From Rhodospirillaceae bacterium (GTDB taxonomy: Bacteria; Pseudomonadota; Alphaproteobacteria; MPNO01; UBA2964), in assembly GCA_002709075.1 (NCBI GenBank), contig PAPV01000005.1, positions 89,989 through 153,988 of the forward strand: DNA of 64,000 bases, given 5' to 3'. Each line of letters starts with the position of its first letter. The first letter of the stretch is position 1. Shown here piece after piece: positions 60,796 through 64,000 of the stretch. The notes below the pieces were generated by a model that was not told where the DNA came from, searched no databases, and saw only the letters and a program-made list of their open reading frames with translations. The position numbers and the translations under genes are program-made.

Positions 60796-61119
60796 GTGCG
60801 ATTTCATTTCTGGTACGTTTTAATTCATGTGGGTCTTGGGCTTGTAGGTTTTGAATTTTTTTTATTTTCAAATACAGGAGGTGTACTTGCATTTGGATCG
60901 GCGCTAATAGTTCAAAGTTATGCAGTTTTTGAAATTCATCGAGCGGCATGGCAGCGGTTCAAAATTGTTCAAGATACAGAGAATAGCTTGCAAAGACGTA
61001 ATAAAATGTTCGCGAACTATAAAAATCGATTGCTGCGAGTTTGGTTTATGCGAAGTTGTCTTTACGCGTTATTAACGCTGATTTCCGCAATGGCAGTTCG
61101 AGGAGATGGATTGGGGTGA
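60796..61119 (+). CDS. Small 2-TM hypothetical protein between gatA and gatB (GTG start, no SD)
   Basis: Open frame whose stop overlaps the gatB GTG start (GTGA). Two hydrophobic segments. No recognised family. Confidence 0.3.
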   Translation: MRFHFWYVLIHVGLGLVGFEFFLFSNTGGVLAFGSALIVQSYAVFEIHRAAWQRFKIVQDTENSLQRRNKMFANYKNRLLRVWFMRSCLYALLTLISAMAVRGDGLG

Positions 61120-62564
61120 GTAAACTTGAAGGAAAGACCTGGACTTGGGAAACAGTAATTGGACTCGAAATTCATGCGCAGATCACAACAAAGTCAAAGT
61201 TGTTCTCTGGGGCATCAACTAAATTCGGTGCTTTGCCCAACACACAGGTTACATTAGTAGATGTTGCCATGCCAGGAATGCTGCCGGTGCTTAATGAGAT
61301 GGCGGTTGAACAGATTGTACGAACTGGGCTTGCGATTAATGCAGAAATAAATCTCTACTCAGTATTTGATAGAAAAAATTATTTTTATCCAGATTTGCCC
61401 CAGGGTTATCAGATCTCACAATTTAGTGATCCTATAGTTGGTAAGGGTGAGATAGAGATAAAGATGGATGATGGTGAAAAACGAGGAGTCGGAATTACGC
61501 GGATACATTTAGAACAGGATGCTGGAAAAAGTATTCATGATATGGACCCTAGTTTTACGTATGTGGATCTGAATAGGTCGGGAGTTCCACTTATGGAGAT
61601 TGTTTCAGAGCCAGATTTGCGTTCGAGTGCAGAGGCAGCAGCCTATGTCAGAAAAATACGGGCAATTCTTCAGTATATAGGCAGTTGCGATGGAAATATG
61701 GAGCGAGGTAACCTCCGCTGCGATGTAAATGTATCGGTTCGCAGAAAAGGAGATCCGCTTGGTACTCGATGTGAGATAAAAAATGTAAATTCTATACGCT
61801 TTCTAAAGCAAGCAATTGATTACGAGGCAAATCGGCAATTAAATATCATCGAGAATGGTGACAAAGTAACTCAAGAGACCCGTTTATTTGACTCGGTTAC
61901 CGGTAAAACGCGTTCAATGCGGTCTAAAGAGGAGGCACACGATTATAGATATTTTCCAGATCCGGATTTGCTGCCGCTACAGTTAAAAAAAAGTTATGTG
62001 GATCGCCTCAGTGCTGAACTGCCTGAATTACCCGATCAAAAACTGTTGCGCTTCGTAAATGAATTGGGCTTGTCACTTGATGTTGCAGAGGAGTTTGTTT
62101 TCGAGAAAGAGAAAGCTGATTATTTCGAACCCATAGCTACAGGACGTGATGCAAAGTTAGTGGCCAATATGGTTCGGAAGGATGTTTTTGGTTATGCCAA
62201 TTTTCATTCTATAAACATTTCTGATGTTCCTGTAACTCCCCAAAAATATGGAGAACTCATCGATTTGATTGTTGAGGGAGATATAAACAACCGTATCGCG
62301 AGCGAGATTTTTATTTTGATGGCTAAGACTGGAAAAGATGCTGAAGTGATTGTCCAAGAAAAAGGTCTCAGGCAACTTTCTGATACAAACGAACTAGAGG
62401 TCGTTATTGAAAAAGTTATTGAAGTTTCAGAAAAACAGGTCGCTCAATATAAAAATGGCAATCAAAAAATAATTGGGTGGTTTGTTGGTCAAATTATGCA
62501 AAAGACCAAAGGACAGGCCAACCCGAAAGTCGTGAACGCGTTACTTCGAAAAAAGCTTAATTAG
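61116..62564 (+). CDS. gatB: Glu/Asp-tRNA amidotransferase subunit B. GTG start with AGGAGA 9 nt upstream; the track ORF starts at 61041
   Basis: VSKLEGKTWTWETVIGLEIHAQI is the canonical GatB N-terminus, and the GatB body follows. Confidence 0.9.
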   Translation: MSKLEGKTWTWETVIGLEIHAQITTKSKLFSGASTKFGALPNTQVTLVDVAMPGMLPVLNEMAVEQIVRTGLAINAEINLYSVFDRKNYFYPDLPQGYQISQFSDPIVGKGEIEIKMDDGEKRGVGITRIHLEQDAGKSIHDMDPSFTYVDLNRSGVPLMEIVSEPDLRSSAEAAAYVRKIRAILQYIGSCDGNMERGNLRCDVNVSVRRKGDPLGTRCEIKNVNSIRFLKQAIDYEANRQLNIIENGDKVTQETRLFDSVTGKTRSMRSKEEAHDYRYFPDPDLLPLQLKKSYVDRLSAELPELPDQKLLRFVNELGLSLDVAEEFVFEKEKADYFEPIATGRDAKLVANMVRKDVFGYANFHSINISDVPVTPQKYGELIDLIVEGDINNRIASEIFILMAKTGKDAEVIVQEKGLRQLSDTNELEVVIEKVIEVSEKQVAQYKNGNQKIIGWFVGQIMQKTKGQANPKVVNALLRKKLN

Positions 62565-62645
62565 CGAATTTTCTGGGTCCCGTTTTTTCGGCATTTTAGT
62601 ATATGTCGTCAGAATTGAGAAAGCATATTTTATTTTAATGGGTTT

Positions 62646-63938
62646 TTATTCATTAATTTTTTCGGATCGAGAAACCCAAATAGAAAGGCAAATAAGCGCC
62701 ACCACCCCAAAAATACCAACTATATAGAAACTGTTTGCAAGACCAAATAATTGTGCAAGACCTCCCATTATGGGTGGTACACACATACCCCCAAATCTGT
62801 TAAAGGATACTCTCATAGCCGTCACCCTTCCCTGAAAAGAAGACCCGACGTTGCGACTTAAAATTAACATCATGAGTGGTAGATTTAGTCCTTGGCCGAT
62901 GCCACGGCAACAGATAGCAATCAGAAGTAATGGAAACAAATCCCCCAAAATAGGTGTAACAGCGATAAAAATGATCGAGATAGCTATCGTAATGATTAAT
63001 AGCCAATGATCTTTTATAACTTTTGTCAGCCCTCCCACGCTTAATGCTGCAAGAGCAGAAGTTGCGTTTGCACATCCAATTAGAAGACCAATCAAAGATC
63101 CCGAGAGTTGAATTTCTTCCCGTAGCCAGATTACGTAAAAGCTTGTTTGTACTCCGGAGCCAGTTTGTCGCATCATTGTAACCATAATTACCATTGCAAC
63201 GGCCGGGATTAGTAGAAGTTGAAAAGTTGACTTATAGTTTCCTCTGTTAAACTCATTATTTTCATTAATTAAATTATCTGGTGCATTTGTATCATTTGGT
63301 CTTTGTTTTGCAGCAGGAATAAATGCGGCAGCTATAATCCCGCAAAGGATCCAACCAGCAAGGAATCCAAATCCGCCCCAAGATCCAAATTCATCCCAGG
63401 CAGCGCCAACGGAAATTGGACCTACAAACCCCCCAATTCGAGCGGAAAATGTCATTCGTCCCGCATAAATGGGTTGTCCCTTCATCAATTTTCCCACTAG
63501 AGTTTGGCTGCCGATCCATCCGGTTGCTTCCGCGAACCCAGATAACATTTGTAAGACAATCAACATTGCAATGAATACCCAGGGCGGAGACTCCATAGCG
63601 ACATCTAAATTAACATTAAAAATATCTATTGAAAGTGGGAATGATAATGCTGATGCTACACCCAGAAATCCAAAAAGAATAATTACCTTTTTGGTTCCAT
63701 ATAGATCCATAAGAGCACCCCCATGGATTGACATTGTTACTGTAAGAAACTGGCGCGACGCAATTATTAAGCCAATTAATAAAGTAAGTTCTGGATTGAT
63801 TACGGCAACAAGTAGGAGAGCGACAATAGTTGTTGCCATTGTTTGAACTGTACCGTTAAAAAAACCCGTTGCATAAATTGGTAGTTGCAATGTCCAGGGA
63901 AATACCGCTTGTTTTTTAGTCATTTTTGTTGCAGGCAA
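62646..63938 (-). CDS. MFS transporter
   Basis: Twelve TM helices with MFS motifs. Unrelated to the three tandem paralogs. Confidence 0.7.
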   Translation of the reverse strand: MPATKMTKKQAVFPWTLQLPIYATGFFNGTVQTMATTIVALLLVAVINPELTLLIGLIIASRQFLTVTMSIHGGALMDLYGTKKVIILFGFLGVASALSFPLSIDIFNVNLDVAMESPPWVFIAMLIVLQMLSGFAEATGWIGSQTLVGKLMKGQPIYAGRMTFSARIGGFVGPISVGAAWDEFGSWGGFGFLAGWILCGIIAAAFIPAAKQRPNDTNAPDNLINENNEFNRGNYKSTFQLLLIPAVAMVIMVTMMRQTGSGVQTSFYVIWLREEIQLSGSLIGLLIGCANATSALAALSVGGLTKVIKDHWLLIITIAISIIFIAVTPILGDLFPLLLIAICCRGIGQGLNLPLMMLILSRNVGSSFQGRVTAMRVSFNRFGGMCVPPIMGGLAQLFGLANSFYIVGIFGVVALICLSIWVSRSEKINE

Positions 63939-64000
63939 AATAGGATTGATTTATCTGATGCTTTAGAAATATATGGTTGTCGAAGAAACACATAATAATT

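Noticed and set aside
1-64000. Looked for mobile-element, phage, defense-system or CRISPR signatures (transposase DDE motifs, integrase, repeat-spacer arrays, toxin-antitoxin pairs)
   Set aside because: None found. Apart from the phosphonate/lipid locus and the GC-rich orphan ORF, the window is core-genome housekeeping.

Overview
This 64-kb window looks like a low-GC (roughly 38-42% by eye) alphaproteobacterial chromosome segment. Gene order matches Rhizobiales/Rhodospirillales-type genomes: rpsF-rpsR-(DUF2232)-rplI, fabD-fabG-acpP-fabF-mltG, lptF-lptG-lptD-surA-pdxA-rsmA, pepA-holC, purM-purN, DUF2066-pgsA, hda, rnd/aspS, rnr, topA, plsY, ruvX/gatC-gatA-gatB and thiO-thiS-thiG-thiE. The window is densely packed housekeeping DNA. 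I saw no tRNA or rRNA genes, CRISPR arrays, transposases or integrases. The ORF track missed or mis-started several short genes, and I recalled them by hand: rpmG, gatC, a 42-aa single-helix membrane protein, and an rpsF TTG start. The one accessory-looking region is the first ~9 kb. It pairs phosphonate-biosynthesis genes with lipid-handling genes. The phosphonate genes are a phosphonopyruvate decarboxylase, a PhnW-type 2-aminoethylphosphonate (AEP) transaminase, and a truncated PhyH-family Fe(II)/2OG dioxygenase. The lipid genes are a small CDP-alcohol phosphotransferase, an MMPL/RND exporter, a flippase-like UPF0104 membrane protein, an MlaC/Ttg2D-family periplasmic protein and an MlaA/VacJ lipoprotein. 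The three middle proteins match the TIGRFAM families HpnN, HpnL and HpnM that usually accompany hopanoid genes. I read this as a candidate, apparently undescribed, locus for making a phosphonolipid (AEP head group, possibly hydroxylated) and moving it to the outer membrane. The PEP mutase and any cytidylyltransferase are not in the window. Other notable points are three tandem paralogous MFS transporters, a thiOSGE operon with no recognizable TPP riboswitch, and a GC-rich orphan ORF between AT-rich spacers.
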